Shown piece after piece: positions 1 through 9,785 of a stretch of 64,000 nucleotides of DNA. The DNA lies in the NCBI GenBank assembly GCA_040218735.1, contig JAVJQW010000018.1, positions 192,001-256,000 of the forward strand. Direction: 5' to 3'. Both the position numbers and the translations under genes were made by a program. The notes below the pieces were generated by a model. The model had not been told where the DNA came from and did not search any database. It saw only the letters and a program-made list of their open reading frames with translations. This DNA comes from Deltaproteobacteria bacterium (lineage in GTDB: Bacteria > Myxococcota > Kuafuiibacteriia > Kuafuiibacteriales > Kuafuiibacteriaceae). Position 1 is the first letter of the stretch, and each line of letters starts with the position of its first letter.

Positions 1-1086
1 GCCGGGCGGCGCGTGTACGTCGACCGGCCCGTGTGCGCTCATCGCGATGATCTCGTCGAGGCTCCACGCCTCGAGCTTCTCCAACGGAACGGCGGGGTCG
101 ACACCGAGGCGCTCGAACGCTCGCCGCGCGCTCGGGTTGGCGTGGATGACCTCGCGTTCGGGACCGAGGAGCGCCACCCCGATCGGGAGCGCCTCGAGCG
201 TGGAGGCGAGGCGTTGGCGTTCTGCGTCCTGTACGCGAGAGACCTCCTCGCGCACGGTCATGGCTTCGACGCAGAGGGCGGCGTGGTTCGCGATCGTCGT
301 GAACAGGGCGAGGTCCGTCTCCGTGAAGACGTTCGTCGCCACGCGCGAGTCGACGTGGAAGACACCTCGGACGTGGTCCTCGTAGATCAGCGGCACGTAC
401 ATCGCGGAGTGTACGCCGGTCGCGCTGATCGACTGGGAGCGTGAGAACCGCAGGTCGGTCGCCGCGTCCGCCACGATGAGCCCGCGGCGGGTTCGGGCGA
501 CCTCCTCGAAGATGGTCTGGGAGATTGGATCCGTGGCGTCGCCCTTGCGGGAGCGCGCGGCGCGACGGGCGACCTGCGTCGTGCCCTTCTCGAAGAGCGC
601 GATCGAGCCGCGCTCCGCGGAGAGGAGATCGAAGGCGGTGTCGAGGATGCGTTCGAGCATGCGGTCCAGGTCGTGTTCGACGCCGATGGCTCGCGTGAGC
701 TCGTAGGTCGCGCGGAGCATCTCGTAGTTTCGCCGAAGCGAGACGACGTCGTTGATGTCGTCCTCGCGTGGGAAGTCGGCCGTCGACGCTGCGATGGAGG
801 TCGCACCTTCGAAGGTTAGCGTCGTCTCGCCGAGCCGGATCTTCGTGCCGGCTGCGAGCGGGACTTCACGTCTGCGCTCGCCGGCTACGTGGACGCCGTA
901 GCTGCTGTTGTTGTCCTCGAGGATCAGCTGTCCGTCGGCACCCCGCGCGATGCGGGCGTGGAGGCGGGAGATCGATCGGTCGGCGATGACGATCGAGCAG
1001 CCGTCGTCGCGGCCGATCGTCATGCCGACGTCGACGTCGGCGTGGTGGGGCGTTCCGTCCGGGCTCTGCCATACGAAGCGACTCAT
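1..1086 (-). CDS. FHA-GAF-PAS domain signalling protein (runs off the left edge; output domain not visible)
   Basis: Not in the ORF track because there is no stop in the window. Manual translation from ATG 1086: [48 protein letters not shown] (FHA), then LERILDTAFDLLSAERGSIAL..SAMYVPLIYEDHVRGVFHVDS..FTETDLALFTTIANHAA (GAF), then LEALPIGVALL..VIHANPSA (PAS-like). ATGA overlap with the kinase stop. Confidence 0.85.
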   Translation of the reverse strand, partial: MSRFVWQSPDGTPHHADVDVGMTIGRDDGCSIVIADRSISRLHARIARGADGQLILEDNNSSYGVHVAGERRREVPLAAGTKIRLGETTLTFEGATSIAASTADFPREDDINDVVSLRRNYEMLRATYELTRAIGVEHDLDRMLERILDTAFDLLSAERGSIALFEKGTTQVARRAARSRKGDATDPISQTIFEEVARTRRGLIVADAATDLRFSRSQSISATGVHSAMYVPLIYEDHVRGVFHVDSRVATNVFTETDLALFTTIANHAALCVEAMTVREEVSRVQDAERQRLASTLEALPIGVALLGPEREVIHANPSARRAFERLGVDPAVPLEKLEAWSLDEIIAMSAHGPVDVHAPPG

Positions 1087-4000
1087 GGCGAAGTGGTCTC
1101 CTTTGCGAGGTCCATGCAGACACGAAGCCCGACCGACCCGACGCGCAGCGAGGACACGGCGACTGCGCGGTTGGTGAGGCGGTTGGTCTTGGCGTCGTAG
1201 AAGAAGCTGCCGCCTCGGAGCACGAACGTGCTCGTCGAGGTGGCCGCGGTGGTCCATTCGAAGGCGTTGCCCGCCATGTCGGCGAGGTCGAAGGGGCTGT
1301 CGGAGTCGGGGTGCGCGCCGACCTCGTCCGGGCCCATCCCGCCGGGCGCCTTGGCGTACGTCTGGTCGAAGTTGATCGCGTCGGGGTCGAGGACGTTGGC
1401 GTGCGGGTACTCGCGACGGTCGGCGCCGCGCGCGGCTCGCTCCCACTCGCGCTCGGTGCACAGGCGCGCGCCGGGGACGCGCTTCGTATCGTTCAGCCAC
1501 GCGAGGTACGGCTGTGCGTCGTCCGCGGAGACGCCCGTCACCGGCATCCGCAACCAATCTTGCGCTCGGCGGCGATCGCGATCCGGGTAGCGGATCGGCT
1601 CGCCCGAGCGCGCGCGATACGTGACCTTCGCGGGTCGCATCGTGACCGACCACCCTCGCGCGTCGCGGGTGAGTGCCTGGCCGCCCGACGTGAGGCCGGC
1701 GTCGTTCATCTCGGACCCGAGGAGGGCGGCGCGGGACTTCTTGGGGAGGTCGTCGAGGAACGCGAGCCACTGTTCGTAGGTCACTTCGTGTCGCGCGATC
1801 GCAAACGCGGGGAGCGTCGCGGTGTGGGCGGGGACCGCGTCGAAGAAGCCGATTCGGGACTCGTCGTCCGCGGTGCTCCCGTAGACGAAACGCCCCGCGG
1901 GCACATAAACGAACCCGTCCGGGAGCGGTGGTGGTGCCGCGCGTACGTCCAGGCGCAACCGTTCGCCGCGGGTGACCACGAACGGGTACCGCACCGTCGT
2001 TCCCTCGTGCGGGACCGAGAGCCGATACGAGCCCGGGGGCAACGTCACCGCTTCGGTCACGGCTTGGTCGACGGCGACCGGCACGAAGCGGTGGTCTTCG
2101 GAGCCGTAGCGTTCGAGCGTCGCCGAGGTTTGCGCCGGGAGGCCGACGAGCTCGACGGTCGCCGGCGCATTCCAGCGTTCGCGCAGTGTGCCTCCGTCGT
2201 CGTAGAGGGCGAGGCGATCCAGGAGCTCCGACGCGAGCGCGGGTTCTTCGCGGAGCTCTGCGAGCGTCGCGCGCGCGTAGAGGAGCTCGGCGAAGCGCTC
2301 GCGGAGGTCGTCCCGGTCGGGGCGGTGGCCGATCGCCCGCTCCACGTGCTGGAGCGCCTCGCGGTACTTGTCCTCCGCGCGCTCCGCGGCGAGCTTCGCG
2401 GCCGACCACTTCTCCTCCGCGTCTTCGTCGGCGCGATCGAACGCGGCGAAGGCGTCGTGGCGATGCACGTCGTGCTCGCCGCGCGCGGCCTCGGCTTCGG
2501 TGCTCGCTGCGAGGCCCTGCGCGAGCGCCTCCTGTGCGCGGCGTTCGGCGACGCTGTGTTGGTACGCGTAGAAGCCGACCAAAGAGAGCACGACGAAGAG
2601 CGGCGGCGACACGAAGCGCGCGATGCGGCGGGTGCGTTGCCGACGTACGCGGCCGTGGGACGCGGCGAGGAACGCAGCACCATCGGGGCTCGGATCGATG
2701 CGATCGACGAGCGGCGCGATCTCCTCGAGCTGCGTCGTCGACCACAGCGCTTCTGTTGCACGGTCGAGGCGCAGCCACTCCTTCACACCCGCGTTGAGCC
2801 GGTCCTGCGCCGCGCGGACGTCCTCGTCCTCGTGACGCCAGCGTACGAACGTCGGCCACCCGGTGATCAGGACCTCGTGGGCGAGCTCGAAGACCGTCGT
2901 GTCGCCGAGCTCCGCGGCGACGACGAGTCGGCCGGCCACGAGCGCGTCGAGGGTCGCGCGGCGGGCGTGGTCGTCGCCCAGGAGGAGCTCCTCTGCGCTG
3001 CGCGCGACCTTCACCCCTTCGTCGGACGTGAGCATGACGAGGAGCGATCGCGCGTGGCGTCGGTGCCCGGCGGGGAGCGCGGCGACGACTTCGTCGGCGT
3101 GTCGCGCGAGCGCGCCGGCGACGCCGCCGAGGCTGTCGAGCGCGGCTTGGGTGATCGTCCCGGCGTCGATGTCTCGGAGGTGCCACAGCTTCTCGAGCGC
3201 GAACTGGAGGAGAGGGAGCGCGCCGCGGCGGTTCTGGGTCGTGGCGTCGACGAGGGCGTCGACGAGCGCTTCACTCTCGAAGCGGATCTGGGTGGCACGC
3301 GCCGGGCCGATGATGACGTCGCGGACGCCGTCCTCGTCGAGCGGGCTCATCACGTGGATGGAGCGGCAGAGCTGCTCGCCGAGGCGGGGCAGGGCGGCGA
3401 GACGCGTCAGGTAGTCGGCGCGCAGCGTGGCGAGGATGCGCACGCCGGGGACGTCGTCGCAGAGGCGCGCGAGGAGCTCGGCGACGCGGTCGCGCTCGGC
3501 TTCGACGCTCTGCGTGCAGAACTCTTCGAGTTGGTCGACGACGAGGACGATGCCGCGTTCGCTTCCGAGCTTCTTACGGAGCTGTGCGGCGAGGTCGTGG
3601 GGGCGCCGCTCGACGAGCTCGAGGAGCGCGTCGGCGCCGATCGCGACGAGCGCGTCGAGGGCGTCGATCAGGGCGGAGAGCGGGTGGCGACCCGGCGTCA
3701 TGCGCGCCGAGGACCAGGTGCGACCGTCGATGCCCTCCGCGAGGCGCGGGACCACGCCGGCGCGGACGAGTGAAGACTTGCCGAGCCCGGAGTCACCGGT
3801 GACGACGACGAGCGAGGCGGTTCGCAGCTTGTCGAGGACACGTTCGACGTCGCGCTCGCGGCCGAAGAACAAGGCGCGGTGGCGCGCGTCGAACGCGGCG
3901 AGGCCGCGGTACGGGTTGCCTTCGGGGACGGGGCCGACGCGCTGATCGCGCCGGAGGTGCTCCAGCGCATCGGCGAGGGCCTCGGCGCTCTCGAACCGCG

Positions 4001-4958
4001 CGTCGGCTTCGCGCGCGAGGCAGCGGTCGACGAGCGCGGTGAAGCGGCGGTCGAGGCCGACCGTCTCGGTGGCGAGGCCGGGGGCATCCTCGCGGAGGAC
4101 CGTGTCCCGGAGGGCCTCGACGGGAGTCGATGCAAACGGCGTGTGTCCGGTGCACAGCTCGAACAGGAGCGCGCCGAGCGCGTAGAGATCGGTCGCCGCG
4201 GTCGCGGGCTCGGCGCGCCAGCTCTCGGGCGCCATGTAGTCGGGCGTCCCGAGGATCGCTCCTTCGTTCGTGATGCGCCGGGCCGTTGGCACGCCGGGGT
4301 GGGGGGCGATGGTGGCGTCGCGGAGGTCGGGGGCGATGGTGGCGTCGCGGGCCACCGGCGCGATCGTTGCGTCGCGGAGGTCGGGGGCGATCGTCCCGTC
4401 GCGGTGCACCGGCGCGATCGTGGCGTCGCGGAGACTCGCCGCCGCCGCGGTATCCCCGGTCGGCTCGCGAGCATCGGGCCCCTGCTCGAGGAGCTTCGCG
4501 AGCCCGAAGTCGACGAGCTTGGGCTGATCACCTTCGCCGAGGATCACGTTCCCGGGTTTGAGGTCGCGGTGCAGCACGCCGCGTTCGTGCGCGGCGGCGA
4601 GGCCGCGGGCGAGGCCCACGGCGATGTCGAGCACGCGGTCGTAGGCGAGCGGGAGCTCGAGGTCGTCGAGCGCGCGACCGGCGACGAACTCGGAGACCAG
4701 GAACGGGCTCCCGTCGATCTCGCCCGCGCGGTACACCGCCGCGACGTTGGCGTGTTGGATGCGCGCGGCGGCGCGCGCTTCGACGAGGAACCGCTCCTTC
4801 GCGGCGGCCGACACGGCGCGCGATGCGATGCGTTTGACCGCGACGCGGCGGTCGAGGACCGGATCCCGCGCGAGATAGACCTCGCCCATGGCGCCTGCGC
4901 CGAGCTCGCGTTCGACGACATACTCGCCGAACGTCAGGGCGCGCGCCGCTGCGGTCAC
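1083..4958 (-). CDS. Ser/Thr protein kinase fused to STAND-type NTPase, TM helix and C-terminal FGE-sulfatase (SUMF1) domain
   Basis: Kinase motifs [34 protein letters not shown]; NPYRGL..FFGRE, Walker [10 protein letters not shown], Walker B VVDQLEE; [14 protein letters not shown]; [32 protein letters not shown]. True start is probably GTG 4958, overlapping the upstream stop; the track extension to 5825 is an off-frame shadow. Confidence 0.9.
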   Translation of the reverse strand: MTAAARALTFGEYVVERELGAGAMGEVYLARDPVLDRRVAVKRIASRAVSAAAKERFLVEARAAARIQHANVAAVYRAGEIDGSPFLVSEFVAGRALDDLELPLAYDRVLDIAVGLARGLAAAHERGVLHRDLKPGNVILGEGDQPKLVDFGLAKLLEQGPDAREPTGDTAAAASLRDATIAPVHRDGTIAPDLRDATIAPVARDATIAPDLRDATIAPHPGVPTARRITNEGAILGTPDYMAPESWRAEPATAATDLYALGALLFELCTGHTPFASTPVEALRDTVLREDAPGLATETVGLDRRFTALVDRCLAREADARFESAEALADALEHLRRDQRVGPVPEGNPYRGLAAFDARHRALFFGRERDVERVLDKLRTASLVVVTGDSGLGKSSLVRAGVVPRLAEGIDGRTWSSARMTPGRHPLSALIDALDALVAIGADALLELVERRPHDLAAQLRKKLGSERGIVLVVDQLEEFCTQSVEAERDRVAELLARLCDDVPGVRILATLRADYLTRLAALPRLGEQLCRSIHVMSPLDEDGVRDVIIGPARATQIRFESEALVDALVDATTQNRRGALPLLQFALEKLWHLRDIDAGTITQAALDSLGGVAGALARHADEVVAALPAGHRRHARSLLVMLTSDEGVKVARSAEELLLGDDHARRATLDALVAGRLVVAAELGDTTVFELAHEVLITGWPTFVRWRHEDEDVRAAQDRLNAGVKEWLRLDRATEALWSTTQLEEIAPLVDRIDPSPDGAAFLAASHGRVRRQRTRRIARFVSPPLFVVLSLVGFYAYQHSVAERRAQEALAQGLAASTEAEAARGEHDVHRHDAFAAFDRADEDAEEKWSAAKLAAERAEDKYREALQHVERAIGHRPDRDDLRERFAELLYARATLAELREEPALASELLDRLALYDDGGTLRERWNAPATVELVGLPAQTSATLERYGSEDHRFVPVAVDQAVTEAVTLPPGSYRLSVPHEGTTVRYPFVVTRGERLRLDVRAAPPPLPDGFVYVPAGRFVYGSTADDESRIGFFDAVPAHTATLPAFAIARHEVTYEQWLAFLDDLPKKSRAALLGSEMNDAGLTSGGQALTRDARGWSVTMRPAKVTYRARSGEPIRYPDRDRRRAQDWLRMPVTGVSADDAQPYLAWLNDTKRVPGARLCTEREWERAARGADRREYPHANVLDPDAINFDQTYAKAPGGMGPDEVGAHPDSDSPFDLADMAGNAFEWTTAATSTSTFVLRGGSFFYDAKTNRLTNRAVAVSSLRVGSVGLRVCMDLAKETTSP
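4302..4436 (-). repeat. 5 x 27-bp coding tandem repeat (xxRD[A/G]TIAP) in the kinase activation segment
   Basis: [45 protein letters not shown] between DFG and GTPDYMAPE. Confidence 0.9.
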
Positions 4959-6004
4959 ACGTGTTTCCGGTCGGGGGAGAACGTCATGCGGTCGAGCTCG
5001 TACTGCTTGAGCTTCGTCGTGAACGTGCGCAGCGGCATCGAGATTAGGGCGGCGGCCTCGTTGCGTCGTCCGTCGGTGGCGATCAGCGCGCGGCGCATTC
5101 GGTCGCGCTCGAGGTCGGCGAGCTCGTCGGCGATCGGTTTGAAGCTGACGATGTCGGCGGTCTGGTGCCCGCCCGCGCCGGTCATCAGGGAGTCGAACAT
5201 CAGGTCCACGGTCGCGTCGCACCAGCTCCGGAAGTGCTCCGCGGTCAGCTCGGGGTCGTCGATGACGACGCCGAGGTAGTTCATCGCGGTCTCCAGCTCC
5301 CGGACGTTCCCCGGCCAAGCGTGTTCGTGAAGCTCCGCGATGAATCCGCGGGTGGGTTTCTTCATCGGCGTACCGGCGCGTGTGCAGGCGTCGAAGAGGA
5401 ACTTCTCCGCGAGCGCGTCGATGTCCGAGGGGCGCTCGCGGAGCGGCGGGATCTTGATCGTGGCGCCGCGGAGTCGGAAGAAGAGGTCCTTGCGGAAGCG
5501 ACCCTGTTTCACCTCCGCGCGCAGGGAGCGGTTGGTCGCGGCGACGACGCGCACGTCGACGGGGATCTCGGAGTGCTCGCCGACCGGGCGCACGCGCTTC
5601 GTCTCCAGGAAGCGGAGCAACTTGGCTTGCGCCTGTTCGCTCATCTCGCCGACCTCGTCGAGGAACAGCGTGCCTCCGCTCGCGGCGCGCACGAGCCCCT
5701 GCTGGTCGATGTCGGCGCCGGTGAACGCGCCGCGGCAGTGTCCGAAGAGCGCGCTCTCGATGAGGTTGTCGGGGAGCGCCGCGCAGTTGACGGCGACGAA
5801 CGGGCCCGTGTGCCGACGGGACCACTCGTGGACGGCCGCGGCGACGATCTCCTTGCCCGAGCCTGTCTCACCTTGGATCAGCACCGGGAGCGTCGCGTTG
5901 GCGAGGCGGGATCGGATCAGCTTGAAGATCTTCTGGACACCCCCGTCGGCGACGACGACGTCCTTGGATCCCACGACGTACATCTGGACCATCGATCGGG
6001 ACAT
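4955..6004 (-). CDS. sigma54-dependent transcriptional activator (AAA+ and Fis-type HTH) without an N-terminal sensory domain
   Basis: [45 protein letters not shown]; C-terminal [20 protein letters not shown]. Confidence 0.92.
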   Translation of the reverse strand: MSRSMVQMYVVGSKDVVVADGGVQKIFKLIRSRLANATLPVLIQGETGSGKEIVAAAVHEWSRRHTGPFVAVNCAALPDNLIESALFGHCRGAFTGADIDQQGLVRAASGGTLFLDEVGEMSEQAQAKLLRFLETKRVRPVGEHSEIPVDVRVVAATNRSLRAEVKQGRFRKDLFFRLRGATIKIPPLRERPSDIDALAEKFLFDACTRAGTPMKKPTRGFIAELHEHAWPGNVRELETAMNYLGVVIDDPELTAEHFRSWCDATVDLMFDSLMTGAGGHQTADIVSFKPIADELADLERDRMRRALIATDGRRNEAAALISMPLRTFTTKLKQYELDRMTFSPDRKHV

Positions 6005-6040
6005 CGGTGGTCGGAGGGCGGGTATGAGTCTAGAGCGCGC

Positions 6041-6811
6041 TCAGCGGGCTCCGCCGTCGACGCCGATGTGCTGTCCCGTGACATAACCGCCGTTTTCGCT
6101 GGCGAGGTGCACGACGAGTGACGCGACTTCCTCGGCGCGGCCGGCGCGCCGCGACGGGACCATCGCGAGTGCGCGCTTCTGGATCTCCTCCGGGAGCCGC
6201 AGGAACGCGCCGGCCTCGATGAAACCGGGGCTCACCACGTTCGCGGTGATCCCGTAGCGCGCGTATTCCTGCGCGAGTGTCTTGGCGAACCCGGTGAGCG
6301 CGGACTTCACTGTGGCGTACGCGACGCGTCCGGCTTCGCCGCGCTGCGCGAGGGAGCCGATGAAGATGACGCGCCCGAAGCCTTCGTCGATCATGTGCGG
6401 CAGGCACGCGCGCGTGACGACGAACTGTCCGGTCAGGTTCGTGGCGACGTCTTCGCGCCACGCGGCGACCTCGAGCTCGTGGGTCTTCTTCGGGGGGCGC
6501 CCGGATCGGAACGCGTTGTTCACGAGGACGCCGATCGGTCCGAGTGTCTCGCCGACCTCGCGGACGATGGCGTCGAGCCGCGCGTCGTCGTCGACGTCGC
6601 CGGCGTACGCCGCGGCCTGGGGCGCGACGGCGCGCAGTCGTTCCAGCGCTGCGTCGGCGCTCGCGGTGTCGTTGCGGTAGAGCACGACCGGAACGTGCCC
6701 CGCGGCCCCGAGGGCTTCGGCGATCGCGAGCCCCAGCCCGCGTGTTCCCCCCGTGATCAACGCGACGCGTCCCACGGCTCTCACACGCACGCGCATCGAA
6801 GGATGAGTCAA
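6041..6811 (-). CDS. SDR family oxidoreductase (FabG-like)
   Basis: TGGTRGLG, LVNNA, YATVK catalytic motif, PGFI, YVTGQHIGVDGG; real start may be GTG near 6775. Confidence 0.88.
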   Translation of the reverse strand: MTHPSMRVRVRAVGRVALITGGTRGLGLAIAEALGAAGHVPVVLYRNDTASADAALERLRAVAPQAAAYAGDVDDDARLDAIVREVGETLGPIGVLVNNAFRSGRPPKKTHELEVAAWREDVATNLTGQFVVTRACLPHMIDEGFGRVIFIGSLAQRGEAGRVAYATVKSALTGFAKTLAQEYARYGITANVVSPGFIEAGAFLRLPEEIQKRALAMVPSRRAGRAEEVASLVVHLASENGGYVTGQHIGVDGGAR

Positions 6812-6861
6812 CCCCGCCTGCGCAAATGGCTCGGGGAGAGGGTGCGTGTTATGCGTCGGCC

Positions 6862-8220
6862 ATGCGGCGAGCCGCGGTCTTGTTGTGGGTCCTGTTGGGC
6901 GGGTGCGGGGGCTGCGCGCTGATCGATCAGCTCGGCCCCGACGCTTCGGGGACGGCGTCGAAGGAGGCGGAGTGCCAACCCCAGGCGCTCACGACGCGTC
7001 CTTCATTGGTCGGCGCCGAGGAGGCGGTGCGCGCCGCGATCGAAGCGGGCGCGAAGCAGCACATCGTCGTCGTGCGCTACGTGCAAGACGGGTGCGGCGT
7101 GAACCTCGAGGTCCTCGAGGACTGTCGAGCGCCGGGGCGTTACGCGTACCAGGCGGAGGCGGCGCAGAATTCGGTCGTCGTCGAGGCCGCGACCCGCGCC
7201 GAGCACCTCCCGCTCGCGGAGTCCAAGTGGACACGAGGAGCGGTGCGCATCGACGTCAGGAAGGTCGCGCGCCTCAACGCACCGGACGCCACACGTTTGG
7301 ATCGGGGTGGCCTGATCGGGAGCTGCGACGACGCGACGCACGTCGCGATGCAGATCGACGTCGGTGGGTACGGGCTGCGCGCGGGTGCCGCTGCGGCCCT
7401 TCAATCCGGAGACAGCGCCTTCACGCCCGACGCCCCGGATCGCGTCGGAGACCCGAACGACTGCGGCGTCGCGGATCGCCGCAAACGTGTCACCGACGGA
7501 TGCAACCGCGCGCTCGCCCTGGATCTCGTGCCCGTCACGAACGAAGAGGTCGAGCTTGGGCCGGTGGAGATCGCGGCCGGCAAGTATCGGCTCGGCAAGT
7601 CCTCGATCGACCTCGCGGCCTACGCGATCGATCGCCGCGAGGTCACCGCGGCCGCGTATGCAGGTTGTGTTGCGGCCGGAGCGTGCACCGCCGCCGAGAC
7701 GGAGGAGCGCTGCACGTCGGGCGTCGTTGGTAAGGAGCGGCACCCGATCAACTGCGTGACGGCGAAGCAAGCCGAGGCGTACTGCGCGTACAAGAAGCAG
7801 CGCCTCCCCACGGAGGCCGAGTGGGAGCGCGCCGCGCGCGGTCCGGACGACGGCGCCTACGCCTGGGGCAGCGCGTGGCCGCCGCCCGAGGGCGCCGCCA
7901 ACCTCGCCGACGCCACGACCAAAGCGCGCGCGTCACACTGGGAGCGCATCGACGGCTACGTCGACGGCTTCCCGGAGACGGCGCCCGTGAGCGCGCTCGT
8001 TCAGTACCCCTCCGCCTCCGGCGTCACCGGCGCCGCGGGCAACGTCATGGAGTGGACCGCGGACTGGGCGGACCGCAGAAAAACCGCGCGCGTCGTGAAG
8101 GGCGCTTCGTTCGGCCACGCAGATCGCGAAGCAGCCCGCGTGACGACGAGCCGCGCCTACGATCCGGAGCGCGCGAGCGCGCACATCGGCTTCAGGTGCG
8201 CGCGCGAAACGCAGCCCTAG
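6862..8220 (+). CDS. Lipoprotein with C-terminal FGE-sulfatase (SUMF1) domain
   Basis: Lipobox-like LLGGC; [40 protein letters not shown]. Confidence 0.82.
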   Translation: MRRAAVLLWVLLGGCGGCALIDQLGPDASGTASKEAECQPQALTTRPSLVGAEEAVRAAIEAGAKQHIVVVRYVQDGCGVNLEVLEDCRAPGRYAYQAEAAQNSVVVEAATRAEHLPLAESKWTRGAVRIDVRKVARLNAPDATRLDRGGLIGSCDDATHVAMQIDVGGYGLRAGAAAALQSGDSAFTPDAPDRVGDPNDCGVADRRKRVTDGCNRALALDLVPVTNEEVELGPVEIAAGKYRLGKSSIDLAAYAIDRREVTAAAYAGCVAAGACTAAETEERCTSGVVGKERHPINCVTAKQAEAYCAYKKQRLPTEAEWERAARGPDDGAYAWGSAWPPPEGAANLADATTKARASHWERIDGYVDGFPETAPVSALVQYPSASGVTGAAGNVMEWTADWADRRKTARVVKGASFGHADREAARVTTSRAYDPERASAHIGFRCARETQP

Positions 8221-9758
8221 AACGTCGTCTGGTTCGGGCCCGCGTACGCGAAGTCGATCGTGTAGTCGCCGTCGTTCGCGTAGCCGGTGATGCGGAGCTT
8301 CGCCGCGCTGCCGTCTGCGGTGCGCACCACGAAGCTCGTGTCGCGCGGCACGGTGCTCGACGAGGTGCCGTCGAACTCCCACCAGCCGGACAGGACGTCG
8401 TTGCCGGAGAACATGCCGCCGTCCGGGTCCGCGATGTCCGCGTCGGCCGCGTAGCCGTCCGCCGGGACGTCGGCGATCACGTCGAGCGCCATGGCGGACT
8501 CGACCGCGCCGCCTTCGCCCGCGCCGCTGGTGCCGGAGTTGGTGCGGATCTTCGTCTTCGAGAACGCGAGGTCCCAGTGGCTCTCCATCGCGGGGTCCGT
8601 GACCTCGACCGCCGCGCCGAGGCGGAGGCTCCAGTAGACCCAGTCCGACGTGGCGTCGACCTCGATCGTGTACGTCTCGACGCGCCGGTCCACCGGATCG
8701 AGCTTGAGCTGGTATGTCTTGTTCGGCTCGTCGTACGCGAAGATGCGCAGCTTGCCGTAGTCACCGTTGGCGCCGCGCACGAGGAACACGACGTCCTTCG
8801 GTTCGGCGGTGTGGCCGGCCATGTCGTAATCGAACCAGTCCGTCAGCACCGGGTTGCCGTCGAAGTCGAACATCGCGCCGGGCGGCCCGGGGTAGGGGAA
8901 CGTTTCGTCCTGCGCGAAGCCGACGGTCGGCGCGGTGGTGATCGCCTCGTAGTTGTCCGTGTCCGCGAGCATCGCGCCGCCGCTGCCGGGGCGGTCGAAG
9001 TTTCCGTTCGTCGTCCAACCGACGAGGCGCGCGGAGAGGTCCCAGTCCGTCGACATCGTCTCGTCGTCCACGGCGACCACGCCGTTCGCGATGGACAGGT
9101 ACACACGCTCGCGATCCCACGACGCGAGGAACACGCCCTCGGGGAGCTGCCCGCCGAGCTGCTTGAACCGCATCTGCACTTTCCCGGACTCGCCGTTTTC
9201 GTCGTAGTACTCGAGGAACGACAGGAGGAAGAAGTTGTCGTCGCCCGACTTCACGACGAACAGCTCGCCGCTGTTCGAGAGGGTGTGCTCCTCCGGGTTG
9301 TATGCCCACGGCCCGGTCTCGGAGGACGGGCCCACGTGGATCGCGTCGTCGTCGATCTCTCCGTCGTCGTCGCCGTCCGCGAGATCTTCCAGGTAGCCGT
9401 CGCGCGGCGCGTCGGTGACTGCGTCGAATGCGACTTCTCCGAGGCGCGCGACCTCGACGCCTGCGCTCCCGTTGATCCCGCCGTTGGTGATCGCGCGGAA
9501 GCGACGGAACGCGAGGTCCCACTCGGGGGCCGTCGACTCGACCTCCTTCGCGGTCTCGAGGTCCATGTAGACCCACTCCATCTCGTCGGAGGCGTCGATC
9601 GTCGCGGTCGACGTGTCGTCACCGTTGTCGACCACCGCGATCAGGCTGTCGACCGGCGGCGTGATGACGTCGTCGTCGTCGTCCGACTGCATGAGGTCCC
9701 CGGAGCACGCGAGCAGCGCGAAGGGGAGGGTGGCGCCGAGTAGGGTGTGCAGCTTCAT
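8217..9758 (-). CDS. HmuY-family heme-binding lipoprotein with three tandem HmuY-like domains
   Basis: Lipobox LLAC; three copies of VY..L / WDL(A/S)..TN(G/S)G-like motif / aromatic W-x-Y/F / F.V[KR]..G..K; lies downstream of TBDR and TonB-ExbBD. Confidence 0.8.
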   Translation of the reverse strand: MKLHTLLGATLPFALLACSGDLMQSDDDDDVITPPVDSLIAVVDNGDDTSTATIDASDEMEWVYMDLETAKEVESTAPEWDLAFRRFRAITNGGINGSAGVEVARLGEVAFDAVTDAPRDGYLEDLADGDDDGEIDDDAIHVGPSSETGPWAYNPEEHTLSNSGELFVVKSGDDNFFLLSFLEYYDENGESGKVQMRFKQLGGQLPEGVFLASWDRERVYLSIANGVVAVDDETMSTDWDLSARLVGWTTNGNFDRPGSGGAMLADTDNYEAITTAPTVGFAQDETFPYPGPPGAMFDFDGNPVLTDWFDYDMAGHTAEPKDVVFLVRGANGDYGKLRIFAYDEPNKTYQLKLDPVDRRVETYTIEVDATSDWVYWSLRLGAAVEVTDPAMESHWDLAFSKTKIRTNSGTSGAGEGGAVESAMALDVIADVPADGYAADADIADPDGGMFSGNDVLSGWWEFDGTSSSTVPRDTSFVVRTADGSAAKLRITGYANDGDYTIDFAYAGPNQTTF

Positions 9759-9785
9759 GGTGAGTCTCCTTTCATACTACGGCAT

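Noticed and set aside
1311-3773. 820-aa plus-strand ORF, and similar ones at 15981-18650, 29998-32769, 35076-36884 and 39691-42183
   Set aside because: Antisense shadows of well-supported genes; such stop-free frames are expected at this GC and show no motifs.
4959-5825. 1580-aa ORF suggesting a long N-terminal extension of the kinase
   Set aside because: The Arg-rich extension is an off-frame shadow of the sigma54 activator gene; GTG 4958 gives normal translational coupling.
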